DNA of 43,268 nt, from assembly GCA_013288905.1 (NCBI GenBank), contig JABDAW010000005.1:1-43268 (forward strand). The letters run 5' to 3'. The DNA is from Bacteroidota bacterium. Its GTDB lineage: Bacteria; Bacteroidota; Bacteroidia; AKYH767-A; JABDAW01. The notes under the pieces were generated by a model that saw nothing but the letters and a program-made list of their open reading frames with translations, was not told the origin of the DNA and searched no databases. Every line of letters begins with the position of its first letter. The stretch's first letter is position 1. Shown one piece after another: positions 1 to 8,810 of the stretch. The position numbers and the translations under genes were made by a program.

Positions 1-526
1 GAAGACACCTCTCCTTTCTTCCATCGTCATAATTATCTTAGTGTCGTTACTTGTCATTCCCTTTAATGCCTGCAAAAACCCGGGATGCACGGATATGAAT
101 GCCTTGAATTATAACAGTACTGCCGATGAGGACGATGGCACTTGTATTTCTTGCCAGACAAAATCTACAGAGGAGCCTAAAAGTAACGGACTTATTGGGG
201 ATAATAATTATAATGGTGGCACCAATCCTTATTATGATTCCATAATCGTCCAATATTCTATGTACACCTATTTCATAAGCTATAATAGTCCGAAATGCGG
301 AACCAGCAATTGCTCCGTTACTGTGGTGGCTCATAATTTAGTTGGTAAGACGATCACCTTTAGTGGTAATTTCGCCAGTGGATTGAAAGATACCTTTTTC
401 AATTCCATTACTATCCCACCTTATGGGGAAGCTAATCTGGGTGTTCTTTTTTCTATTCCCAGTACCACTGCATGCAGTAATACTTTTATTAACTTTAATC
501 AATTAGGTTATTTCACCTATCATTAA
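1..526 (+). CDS. Cys-rich lipoprotein, tandem paralogue 1 (5'-partial; ATG probably just off the window)
   Basis: Frame is open from base 2 (KTPLLSSIVIIILVSLLVIPFNA-C). It has a lipobox-like FNAC and the motif GCTDMNALNYNSTADEDDGTC shared with the downstream paralogues. Confidence 0.85.
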   Translation, partial: KTPLLSSIVIIILVSLLVIPFNACKNPGCTDMNALNYNSTADEDDGTCISCQTKSTEEPKSNGLIGDNNYNGGTNPYYDSIIVQYSMYTYFISYNSPKCGTSNCSVTVVAHNLVGKTITFSGNFASGLKDTFFNSITIPPYGEANLGVLFSIPSTTACSNTFINFNQLGYFTYH

Positions 527-544
527 ATCCTGTTTCCAAACCCA

Positions 545-1072
545 ATGAAGACACCTGCCTGTTCCTTAATCCCTGCTATTCTTCTAATGTCGTTAGCAGG
601 TCTTCTTTCTGTTGGTTGCAAACAAAAGGGATATGCAGATAACAGTGTCTTAAATAATACCAGCAGCATCGAGGCGAGTGATGACTCCTCGCAGAATTGC
701 CCGACAAGATCCATCAAAGGAGATTCAACTGCAAATTTTTTAATAGATAATAACTATGCCAATGGTACCAATCCTTATTATAAAAAAGATGTCGCCATGA
801 TCTATTATACCACTAACTTTATTAGTTATAATAATCCGAAATGCGGCAGCAACTTCTGCACTGTTTCTTTAATGATTCAAAACCTGATTGGCAAGACATT
901 TTCATTCAGCGCCAATTTCAATTATGGCGGCAATGATACGACTATCAAAACCATTACAGTAGAGCCAAACGGGAATACTGACCTCGGAAAAATCTTCGCC
1001 ATTCATTCCATGTCCAGTTGCGAATCTCCCTTTGTCAGCCTTAATCTCCAGGGCACTATCTCTTATCATTAA
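545..1072 (+). CDS. Cys-rich lipoprotein, tandem paralogue 2 (degenerate GCTD motif)
   Basis: Signal peptide plus SVG-C lipobox. Shares NPYY, FISYNNPKCG, IQNLIGKT and C-terminal YH with its neighbours. Confidence 0.85.
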   Translation: MKTPACSLIPAILLMSLAGLLSVGCKQKGYADNSVLNNTSSIEASDDSSQNCPTRSIKGDSTANFLIDNNYANGTNPYYKKDVAMIYYTTNFISYNNPKCGSNFCTVSLMIQNLIGKTFSFSANFNYGGNDTTIKTITVEPNGNTDLGKIFAIHSMSSCESPFVSLNLQGTISYH

Positions 1073-1090
1073 TAAATTAATACACTTACC

Positions 1091-1618
1091 ATGAAGCCAC
1101 CTCTCTCCACCGCCCTCCTCACGATTTTTTCAATTATACTATTAACTATTTCCTTATCCGGCTGCAAACAAAAGGGATGTACAGATAAGAATGCTTTGAA
1201 TTATAATAGTGTCGCGGGGGAGGATGATGGGAGTTGTTTGTATTGCCAAACACAAGTAACCAAGGCTGATACAAATGAATATAGTTTTTTAGATGGTAAT
1301 TATGATAATGGTAATAATCCTTATTACAATAATTACATCGGTAAAGTTTATTCAGTAACAAGATTTATTAGTTATAATGATATTAAATGTGGAAATAATC
1401 TTTGTACTACTTCAGTAATAATTCAAAACTTAATAGGCAGAACATTTTCTTTTAGTGCACGTTTCCAGTTATACGGAATAGACACATTAATCAATAATAT
1501 TTCAGTGCCTGCCTTTGGGAATATTAATATTGGTAAAACCTTTTCTTTGCCTTCATTAACTAATTGTGGTGCTAATAATGTTGATTTTTTTATATCAGGG
1601 ACATTTATTTATCATTAA
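1091..1618 (+). CDS. Cys-rich lipoprotein, tandem paralogue 3
   Basis: LSG-C lipobox; KQKGCTDKNALNYNSVAGEDDGSC motif. Confidence 0.9.
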   Translation: MKPPLSTALLTIFSIILLTISLSGCKQKGCTDKNALNYNSVAGEDDGSCLYCQTQVTKADTNEYSFLDGNYDNGNNPYYNNYIGKVYSVTRFISYNDIKCGNNLCTTSVIIQNLIGRTFSFSARFQLYGIDTLINNISVPAFGNINIGKTFSLPSLTNCGANNVDFFISGTFIYH

Positions 1619-1636
1619 TTTATTATACAACTTACC

Positions 1637-2161
1637 ATGAAACCACCACTCTCCACGTCCCTCCTCACCATTACCTTCCTGCTTCTTACTGTCCTTATTC
1701 CAAGTGGCTGCAAACAAAAGGGATGTACGGATAAGAATGCTTTGAATTATGATAATGCTGCCGTAGAGAATGACGGGAGTTGTATTTATTGTGAGACCCA
1801 GGTAACGACGTTACTTTATTTCAGAACAGATATTTATGATAATAATAGTAACAGTCAATATTATAATGTAGAAATTGTTAGTGCTGCTTTTTCATCAGAT
1901 AATCTTAGCTACAATTATAAAACATGTGGTACAGATACTTGCCGGGCTTATTTAACAATGGAGAATTTTATTAATAAGACTATTGATTTTGATTGCGAAA
2001 TCCATTTAGATAGTCCGATGTATTATACTTATACCACACATATTACGATTCCTCCTAATAGTACGCTAAACTTAGGAGAGATTAATTCGGTTCAATCACC
2101 TATAAATTGTGGTGCACCGAGTGGATACATTGCGTTAAGAGATACTATTACCTATCATTAA
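1637..2161 (+). CDS. Cys-rich lipoprotein, tandem paralogue 4
   Basis: PSG-C lipobox; KQKGCTDKNALNYDNAAVENDGSC motif. Confidence 0.9.
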   Translation: MKPPLSTSLLTITFLLLTVLIPSGCKQKGCTDKNALNYDNAAVENDGSCIYCETQVTTLLYFRTDIYDNNSNSQYYNVEIVSAAFSSDNLSYNYKTCGTDTCRAYLTMENFINKTIDFDCEIHLDSPMYYTYTTHITIPPNSTLNLGEINSVQSPINCGAPSGYIALRDTITYH

Positions 2162-2182
2162 TCAAATTATAATATCCTTACG

Positions 2183-2716
2183 ATGAAGCCACTCCATACC
2201 GCCGCCCTCCTTGCCATTGCCATAATGACCTTACTTGCCCTGCTCTGCGGAAGCTGCAAACAAAAGGGATGTACAGATAAGAATGCCTATAATTATAATA
2301 GCACGGCTGACGAGGATGACGGGACTTGCTTATATTGCAAGACGACTTCTACCCCTTGGGGCTCGACAGAAGAAACTCTTAATGATATGAATTATGATAA
2401 TGGTAATAATCCTTTTTATAATGACAGTATAGTCCGACTGACTTTTGTTATAACTTCTACAACTTTTAACGACCCACAATGTGGAATTAATTCTCACAAT
2501 ACTTCTTTAATAATTCAAAATTTAACTGCCAAAACCGTTTCTTTTAATGCTGCATTCTCACTAGCGGGTTGCGGTTATGGCTCAAAAATTTATGCAATAT
2601 CTGTACCACCGAATGGGAGTATTAATCTTGGTTTAATTATTTCAGTTCCAACATCAATATATTGCGGTCCGCCAACAGTAGATTCTACAGTTCCTATAAA
2701 TTTCACTTACAATTAA
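2183..2716 (+). CDS. Cys-rich lipoprotein, tandem paralogue 5
   Basis: CGS-C lipobox; KQKGCTDKNAYNYNSTADEDDGTC motif. Confidence 0.9.
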   Translation: MKPLHTAALLAIAIMTLLALLCGSCKQKGCTDKNAYNYNSTADEDDGTCLYCKTTSTPWGSTEETLNDMNYDNGNNPFYNDSIVRLTFVITSTTFNDPQCGINSHNTSLIIQNLTAKTVSFNAAFSLAGCGYGSKIYAISVPPNGSINLGLIISVPTSIYCGPPTVDSTVPINFTYN

Positions 2717-2728
2717 TCAAACCTTACC

Positions 2729-3253
2729 ATGAAGCCACCCTTCTCCACCGCCCTCCTCGCCATTACCCTCCTGCTTCTTACTATCCTTATTGCAAGTGGC
2801 TGCAAACAAAAGGGATGTACGGATAAGAATGCTTTGAATTATAATAGTGCTGTCAATGAAGATGATGGGAGTTGTGTGTATTGCCATACAGAATCAATAT
2901 TTGAAGGAAATCAATCTTATAATTCGAAAGATTACAATACTTCAAGTCAATATTATAATATGAATGTTGTAAAGTTTACATATACCAATTACTACATATC
3001 CTTTAATATTAAACAATGTGGATCTGATTTTTGCAAGACTTCCGTAATTATTCAAAATTTAACAAGTAAAACAATTAATTTTTCTTGTGAATTTAATTTA
3101 GTGCCAACTCAGATAGTTACAACTCATAATAATATTACAATATCTCCAAATGAATCAATAAATTTTGGTGTAATTTTTTCCATTCTTTCAACTTCAATTT
3201 GTGGTGCGCCTCAAGTTGAAGCCTTTATACTTGGGACTTTCTCTTACCATTAA
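2729..3253 (+). CDS. Cys-rich lipoprotein, tandem paralogue 6
   Basis: ASG-C lipobox; KQKGCTDKNALNYNSAVNEDDGSC motif. Confidence 0.9.
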   Translation: MKPPFSTALLAITLLLLTILIASGCKQKGCTDKNALNYNSAVNEDDGSCVYCHTESIFEGNQSYNSKDYNTSSQYYNMNVVKFTYTNYYISFNIKQCGSDFCKTSVIIQNLTSKTINFSCEFNLVPTQIVTTHNNITISPNESINFGVIFSILSTSICGAPQVEAFILGTFSYH

Positions 3254-3354
3254 TCAATCCTTATTCCAAACCCCATGAAGCCACCTCAAACTCCCCATGA
3301 AAAACCTCCTTTCCCCAACTCCTTATATTATAGCATCGAAAAAAAGGAAAAAAG

Positions 3355-3441
3355 AAATATTGAATATTGAACAAGGAATTCTAAATGTTGAAGTTGCGCA
3401 GCCTTCAGTATTCAGAATTCCTTGTTCAATATTCATTATTC
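3355..3441. repeat. Inverted pair of heptamer-based repeats (REP-like)
   Basis: AATATTGAATATTGAACAAGGAATTCTAAATGTTGAAG ... CTTCAGTATTCAGAATTCCTTGTTCAATATTCATTATT. Confidence 0.75.
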
Positions 3442-3453
3442 CTTTTACTTATT

Positions 3454-3620
3454 TGGACCTCCTTCCATTCTTCAAAAAACAGGGCAAGTTCCAACTGGCA
3501 CTGCCGATATTCTTCAAAAAACAGGGCAAGTGTCACCTGGAAGTACGACTGTTTTTGGAAATACACAGGTACCTCCAGGTGGAAGTACGGCAGTTTTCCA
3601 AAAAACTGCCGTACTTTAGT
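3454..3620. repeat. 42-bp-period array, 4 units, last unit a near-perfect palindrome
   Basis: TGG recurs at 3454/3496/3538/3580 and TTCTTCAAAAAACAGGGCAAG at 3468 and 3510. AAGTACGGCAGTTTT..AAAACTGCCGTACTT spans 3583-3616. Confidence 0.8.
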
Positions 3621-3763
3621 CGGTGTTTTTCAGTGAGTTACGTTTTTGGAGGCAAAAAGGGGTTCTTTTTTAACATTTATTTTGCATCAGGGGCAATATA
3701 ACATGAGACAACAGAGTTATGGCAGTATATATTCAAATAAATAAATCTTATAAATAAATTAGT

Positions 3764-4732
3764 ATGCAAAGAAAACCACCGGTATCAGATCAGGAAATTT
3801 CGGACGGCTTGACAGAGTCGATAGCCCAACAATTTATCACTCCTGCTCTTGAGAAATTCCTGAAAGTATTAACCGAAGCTAACATGAATACCTACGGAGT
3901 AAACTTCCCCGCGAAAATCGTCTTGAGAAATAATGCCGAATCTGCCCAGACGAATGCCGTCACTGCCTCCGATATCGCTGAAGCGAAATTAGTGAAACGT
4001 ATGTCTCATTATTTTGATGTTTTGAATGGTCATATCGAAGATGGAGATTATCTTCCCGGCACCCGTTCGCTCTTCGGTCTGGACATCGCCACCGGCAATC
4101 ATCCTGTTATGGACACGACCACGAAAGCGATTGCCGTGGCAGGAAGAATAGCCTCCGGAGATGCTCAAATGGTAACGGAAGGAATGACGCAGATAGTAGA
4201 TTTTTCCGCTGCCAGCATAGCAGCTTTATTGGTAATATTGAATGATAAGATTGGCATTAAGAACCTCGCCAAAAGCGCGCACAATGATGCACTCGGCGTG
4301 GTGAATATTATGCGCCCTCTTGCGCTTGCGGCGCTACTTCAGGTTCAGCTGGAAGTAGAAAATAATTATAACCATCTTCCTTTACCTGCCATGCACACCT
4401 ATACCGTGCTGTGGGGTCTGAAATATGAAACCGCAAAAGAAGAAACAGAAATAAAAGTTATTTGCCTGTTGCCAGGCGGAATATTGAGAGCAGCAGGAGC
4501 AGACCTTCGCCTCGGTCCTATTTTGACAGCAGAAGGAAAACCTTCCAAGGAAGGCGTGAAAGGCACGGCAGATGCGGAAGGTGAAGATATTCTCAAGACC
4601 ACCCAGAAAGATACTCAATATATCAATGCCCGTATTTTGGGTTGCGCCGATGCAGCAGTTCCTGTAATTATTGTTCCTGGAATAGCACAGACCATTACGG
4701 TGAATTTTGTAGCCGGGACTTCGAGTTTGTAA
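3764..4732 (+). CDS. Uncharacterised protein: Ala/Leu-rich helical region plus a C-terminal beta-sandwich (carboxypeptidase-regulatory-like) domain; no signal peptide
   Basis: 322-aa ORF after an AT-rich leader and before a terminator. Motifs SHYFDVLN..FGL..EVE..WGLKY resemble a Bacteroidota hypothetical family (from memory). Confidence 0.75.
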   Translation: MQRKPPVSDQEISDGLTESIAQQFITPALEKFLKVLTEANMNTYGVNFPAKIVLRNNAESAQTNAVTASDIAEAKLVKRMSHYFDVLNGHIEDGDYLPGTRSLFGLDIATGNHPVMDTTTKAIAVAGRIASGDAQMVTEGMTQIVDFSAASIAALLVILNDKIGIKNLAKSAHNDALGVVNIMRPLALAALLQVQLEVENNYNHLPLPAMHTYTVLWGLKYETAKEETEIKVICLLPGGILRAAGADLRLGPILTAEGKPSKEGVKGTADAEGEDILKTTQKDTQYINARILGCADAAVPVIIVPGIAQTITVNFVAGTSSL

Positions 4733-4765
4733 TTTTTTTTGATTATATTAAACTATTTTAGAAAG

Positions 4766-4796
4766 GCTCTCCAATGGAAACATTGGGGAGTTTTTT
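4766..4796 (+). terminator. Rho-independent terminator
   Basis: CTCTCCAATG-GAAA-CATTGGGGAG followed by TTTTTT. Confidence 0.75.
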
Positions 4797-4829
4797 ATTA
4801 CCCAAACTATTTTTAATTTTGAATCCTCT

Positions 4830-5186
4830 ATGGAAAATAAAACACCGTCAGAACTTAATGTAAAATGGAAGCAGCTCCTGGTCTCCCTTGAAGCGCAATT
4901 CGGCGAAGAGCCGGACTTACAGACCATACTATTCCTTATCGGCGTGAATGAATTGGGCAAAGGGGCGATGGAATTCACCAAAGGACAGAAGATGGATTTG
5001 ATGCACATCGCCACCTGTAGTTTGTTGAGCCAATACGGGTATTATCTCTACGAAGGACTTGATACCGACGGCTGGCCCCACTACACCCTGGTCGAGAAAC
5101 TCCCTCCCCTGAAAATAGGGCAGCAAGAAGACCTGCTGCGCGAGGCTATCCTGAGTTATTTCGATGTATCAGATATAAAGGAATAG
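4830..5186 (+). CDS. Conserved Bacteroidota hypothetical protein
   Basis: 118-aa ORF with PDLQTILFLIGVNELG..QKMDLMHIATC..DGWPHY motifs. Confidence 0.8.
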   Translation: MENKTPSELNVKWKQLLVSLEAQFGEEPDLQTILFLIGVNELGKGAMEFTKGQKMDLMHIATCSLLSQYGYYLYEGLDTDGWPHYTLVEKLPPLKIGQQEDLLREAILSYFDVSDIKE

Positions 5187-5260
5187 GGTATAAAGATATA
5201 AAGAATAAAGGTGTGATGTTCCTTATGCCTTTATACCTTTATACCCTATTCCTTTATACC
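5172..5260. repeat. Inverted low-complexity octamer repeats ((G/A)(G/A)TATAAA versus TTTATACC); related copy near 5728-5782
   Basis: GATATAAAGGAATAGGGTATAAAG...CCTTTATACCCTATTCCTTTATACC between convergent genes. Confidence 0.65.
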
Positions 5261-5271
5261 CTTGTCAACGA

Positions 5272-5634
5272 TTAATTCACCCTTACGGTCTGCTCAATAG
5301 TTTGACCCACCTGAAGGCTTATTTCGCCCTTGCCGGATTTACCAGTAGTCGTAGCCGAAATGTCAAGCACAGCAGGCAATGGAAAGGTAAAATTGGCTGT
5401 TCCAGAACCATCAGAAGTTTGTGTTTGAGAAACATTGGCAGTTACCTGATTATAATTCGTAATGTTTTCTTTGAATAGCGTAACAGTGGCCCCTGCAACA
5501 GGGTTTCCAGTCTCATCTATCACATGAATGACAGCTAAACAATCTGTACGCTTTTGACAAGAAGGCATTAAAAGAATCGTGAAGGCTACCAAGGCTACCA
5601 TGATACTTGCGGTTTTGAAGATTTTCTTATTCAT
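5272..5634 (-). CDS. Small lipoprotein with carboxypeptidase-regulatory-like/Ig domain (paralogue A)
   Basis: MPS-C lipobox; VIDETGNPVAGATVTL motif. Confidence 0.85.
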   Translation of the reverse strand: MNKKIFKTASIMVALVAFTILLMPSCQKRTDCLAVIHVIDETGNPVAGATVTLFKENITNYNQVTANVSQTQTSDGSGTANFTFPLPAVLDISATTTGKSGKGEISLQVGQTIEQTVRVN

Positions 5635-5800
5635 ACTCTGAATTTTTTGTTAATATGATTCAATAAACTGAACTTTGAGTTACAAAGTTACAAAAAATTT
5701 TATTAACAACCAAATTCTATAAAATGCGAATAGGGTATAAGGGAATATGGAAAATTCATCCATGAACCCTTATACCCTATTTCAAGGATACGATTTAAGT

Positions 5801-6166
5801 TTAATAAACCCTCACGGTCTGTTCGGTAGTTTGACCCACCTGGAGACTGATCTCACCTTTGCCTGATTTGGTAGTCGTCTTGGCTGTAATGTCCAGCACG
5901 GCAGGCAAAGCAAAAGTGTAAGTACACGTTCCTGAACCATCGGAAACCTGCGTCTGGGTGACGTTTGCAGTTACCCCATTATACTGAGTAACGTTGGTTT
6001 TGAAGAGCACCACCGTAGCCCCGGCAACAGGATTTCCCGCTGTATCAATCACATGAACCACTGCAACGCAATCGGTATTTTTACTACAGGAAGGAGTCAG
6101 GATTACGGTTACAAAAAGACCTATGACCATTAGGCTTAGGAAAGATTTTACTACATACTTTTTCAT
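5801..6166 (-). CDS. Small lipoprotein with carboxypeptidase-regulatory-like/Ig domain (paralogue B)
   Basis: TPS-C lipobox; VIDTAGNPVAGATVVL; mature part highly similar to 5272-5634. Confidence 0.85.
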   Translation of the reverse strand: MKKYVVKSFLSLMVIGLFVTVILTPSCSKNTDCVAVVHVIDTAGNPVAGATVVLFKTNVTQYNGVTANVTQTQVSDGSGTCTYTFALPAVLDITAKTTTKSGKGEISLQVGQTTEQTVRVY

Positions 6167-6259
6167 TATTCTAAGATATTTGTTAATATTGCGACCTGAT
6201 AATAATATTTCAAGTCCACAAAATTAAGAAAAATTTCGTAAATCAAAAAAGTATTCAAA

Positions 6260-6949
6260 ATGAAAAGTGTAAAATTAATTGTAATTGTAATGATTGTAAT
6301 CGCCATGAGCCATGTATCTACAGGACAGACTGCGCCTGGAAAACCTAATGCTGCCGCAGCATCAAAAGATCGTTTTGTAATGATCACAACTGACTATGGA
6401 AATATCAAAGTAAAGTTGTATAGCGAAACCCCGAAACACAGTGATAACTTTTATGCACTGGCACAAAAAGGGTTTTATGACGGAACTCTTTTCCACCGAG
6501 TCATCAAAGGATTTATGATTCAAGGTGGCGACCCGACATCAAAAGGTGCTGCTGCAGGGGTATCCCTTGGCAGTGGTGGTGGAGAATTGGCAAGAATACC
6601 AGCCGAGTTTAATCCAAAGTATTTCCACAAGAAAGGAGCTCTTGCTGCTGCTCGTGATGGAAATCCAGAAAAGGCATCAAGCGGTTGTCAGTTTTATATT
6701 GTTCAGGGAAAAGTCTATACCGATGCAGAATTAGACGGTATGGAAAAACAAATGGGACATCCATTTTCAGCAGAACAAAGGAAGGCTTATACCACCCTTG
6801 GCGGAACACCTTTCCTTGATATGGGTTATACAGTTTTTGGTGAAGTGGTTGAAGGTTTGGATGTATTGGATAAGATAGCAGCAGCCCAAACAGCACCTGG
6901 CGACAGACCTGTAAAGGATATTAAGATGACAGTAAAAGTTGTTAATTAG
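6260..6949 (+). CDS. Exported cyclophilin-type peptidyl-prolyl cis-trans isomerase
   Basis: FYDGTLFHRVIKGFMIQGGDP, QFYIV and YTVFGEVVEG motifs; N-terminal signal peptide. Confidence 0.95.
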   Translation: MKSVKLIVIVMIVIAMSHVSTGQTAPGKPNAAAASKDRFVMITTDYGNIKVKLYSETPKHSDNFYALAQKGFYDGTLFHRVIKGFMIQGGDPTSKGAAAGVSLGSGGGELARIPAEFNPKYFHKKGALAAARDGNPEKASSGCQFYIVQGKVYTDAELDGMEKQMGHPFSAEQRKAYTTLGGTPFLDMGYTVFGEVVEGLDVLDKIAAAQTAPGDRPVKDIKMTVKVVN

Positions 6950-6983
6950 TAAACCAATTAACGATTAACCGTTTCCCTACAAG

Positions 6984-8003
6984 ATGCAGGAAAAAATTAA
7001 GAATCTGATTCATGATGTTGAAGGGTTTATTCCTTCGACCGAAGAACAACTGGAAGAATTCCGCTTAAAATACCTAAGTAAAAAAGGAATTCTTTCAGAC
7101 TTGTTTCTGGAGATGAAAGAAGCCAGCCCCGAACAGAAAAAGGACTTAGGCAAGATTCTTAATGAATTAAAAAATAAAGCGGAAGAGAAGTATGCTTCCT
7201 TCAAAGAAAGTTTAGAAGGGAGTAAGTTAGAGGTGGCGACTGACATGGATTTGACCTTACCTTCAAGCTCTTATTTAGGATCACGACATCCCATATCTAT
7301 TGTCAGGAATGAGATAGTAGAAATCTTCTCAAGGATAGGATTCACCGTCTCTGAAGGACCGGAAATAGAGGATGACTGGCATAATTTCTCTGCACTGAAT
7401 TTCCCCGAAGAACATCCCGCCAGAGATATGCAGGATACTTTCTTCATCCAAAAGGATCCTGACATTGCTTTAAGGACACATACCTCCTCAGTTCAGGTCA
7501 GGGTGATGGAATCTTCACAGCCTCCCATCAGGACTATTTCTCCCGGAAGAGTTTTCAGGAATGAAGCCATCTCTGCACGTGCTCATTGTATATTTCACCA
7601 GGTAGAAGGACTCTGCATTGATGAAGATATTTCTTTTGCCGACCTAAAGCAGACTTTGCTTTATTTTGCAAGAGAAATGTTTGGCGAGGATACCAAGATT
7701 CGATTGCGCCCATCTTATTTTCCTTTTACCGAGCCTTCGGCTGAGATGGATATTTCATGTACTCTATGTGGCGGCAAGGGCTGCAACATCTGTAAATATA
7801 CCGGCTGGACAGAGATCATGGGCTGCGGAATGGTTGACCCGAATGTATTGAAGAATTGCCACATCAATCCCTTAATATATACCGGTTTTGCCTTTGGAAT
7901 GGGAATCGAAAGAATCACAATGTTGAAATATCAGATTAATGACTTGAGAATATATTTTGAGAATGATATACGATTCTTGAGACAATTTTCTGGTATGATT
8001 TAG
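6984..8003 (+). CDS. pheS: Phenylalanine--tRNA ligase alpha subunit
   Basis: [33 protein letters not shown] and [11 protein letters not shown] motifs. Confidence 0.98.
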   Translation: MQEKIKNLIHDVEGFIPSTEEQLEEFRLKYLSKKGILSDLFLEMKEASPEQKKDLGKILNELKNKAEEKYASFKESLEGSKLEVATDMDLTLPSSSYLGSRHPISIVRNEIVEIFSRIGFTVSEGPEIEDDWHNFSALNFPEEHPARDMQDTFFIQKDPDIALRTHTSSVQVRVMESSQPPIRTISPGRVFRNEAISARAHCIFHQVEGLCIDEDISFADLKQTLLYFAREMFGEDTKIRLRPSYFPFTEPSAEMDISCTLCGGKGCNICKYTGWTEIMGCGMVDPNVLKNCHINPLIYTGFAFGMGIERITMLKYQINDLRIYFENDIRFLRQFSGMI

Positions 8004-8059
8004 GATAAGGAAAAAAATAATTAATCAAATATATTTAAATAAACTTAATATTAAAAAAA

Positions 8060-8473
8060 ATGAAAAATTTAGTAATCTTAATGGCAGCCATAGTGTTGTT
8101 CGCATCATGTGGAAAAGATGGTGCCCCAGGTGCTCAAGGACCTCCTGGAAATGCAAATGTAAACTCTTATGTTTATGATGTAAATTCATGGGTTACAACA
8201 GTCAGTCCTCCTTATGAGTGCTATACTGACTTATCGGTACCAGAAATTACAGGTAGTGTTATTTCCGGAGGTACTGTGCAGGTATTTGAAGGGAATGCTT
8301 CATCAGGAAGTTCTATCTGGTATGCAATGCCTTATTCATTCCAAGGTACAGAAGTATCTTTTGACATTTCTATTGGAGGTGTTAGAATTTATCGAACTTA
8401 TGACAGTGGCAACCCTATTACCCCCCCATCAGTTATCGTGGAGTATAAAGTAGTAGTAATTCCTCCAGTTTAG
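8060..8473 (+). CDS. Lipoprotein with a short collagen-like Gly-X-Y linker
   Basis: FAS-C lipobox followed by GKDGAPGAQGPPG. Confidence 0.8.
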   Translation: MKNLVILMAAIVLFASCGKDGAPGAQGPPGNANVNSYVYDVNSWVTTVSPPYECYTDLSVPEITGSVISGGTVQVFEGNASSGSSIWYAMPYSFQGTEVSFDISIGGVRIYRTYDSGNPITPPSVIVEYKVVVIPPV

Positions 8474-8499
8474 TATTCAATAAAATTAAGCAATAGAGA

Positions 8500-8769
8500 A
8501 TGGACAAGAACGATCAGTTATTAGCTCAATTATTATACATCTTTCAATCTTCGGCAATGCAGGGAATGGGAAAGATGAAGAATCCCATGACCGATAAAAT
8601 CGAAAGAAATATGGAGCAGGCTCAACAATCTATTGATATGCTGGAGATGATTAAGGAAAAGACGAAGGGTAATATTTCTCCTGAATTGGCAAGGATCATG
8701 GATAATTTCCTTACCGAATTAAGGCTGAATTATGTTGATGAATTGAACAAAGATAAAATTAATCCCTAA
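8500..8769 (+). CDS. DUF1844-family protein
   Basis: AMQGMGKMKNP..AQQSIDMLEMIKEKTKGN..ELRLNYV pattern. Confidence 0.8.
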   Translation: MDKNDQLLAQLLYIFQSSAMQGMGKMKNPMTDKIERNMEQAQQSIDMLEMIKEKTKGNISPELARIMDNFLTELRLNYVDELNKDKINP

Positions 8770-8810
8770 ACGCAGGGTCAATAATTAAATTAATAAAAAT
8801 ACTAAACTAA

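Noticed and set aside
1-3253. Diversity-generating retroelement acting on the AAT-rich lipoproteins
   Set aside because: No reverse transcriptase is present and I saw no TR/VR pair differing only at adenines. Divergence is spread throughout the genes.
3297-3701. Three overlapping ORFs (134, 83 and 65 aa)
   Set aside because: They run through inverted heptamer repeats and the 42-bp array. Open frames are a by-product of the periodicity.
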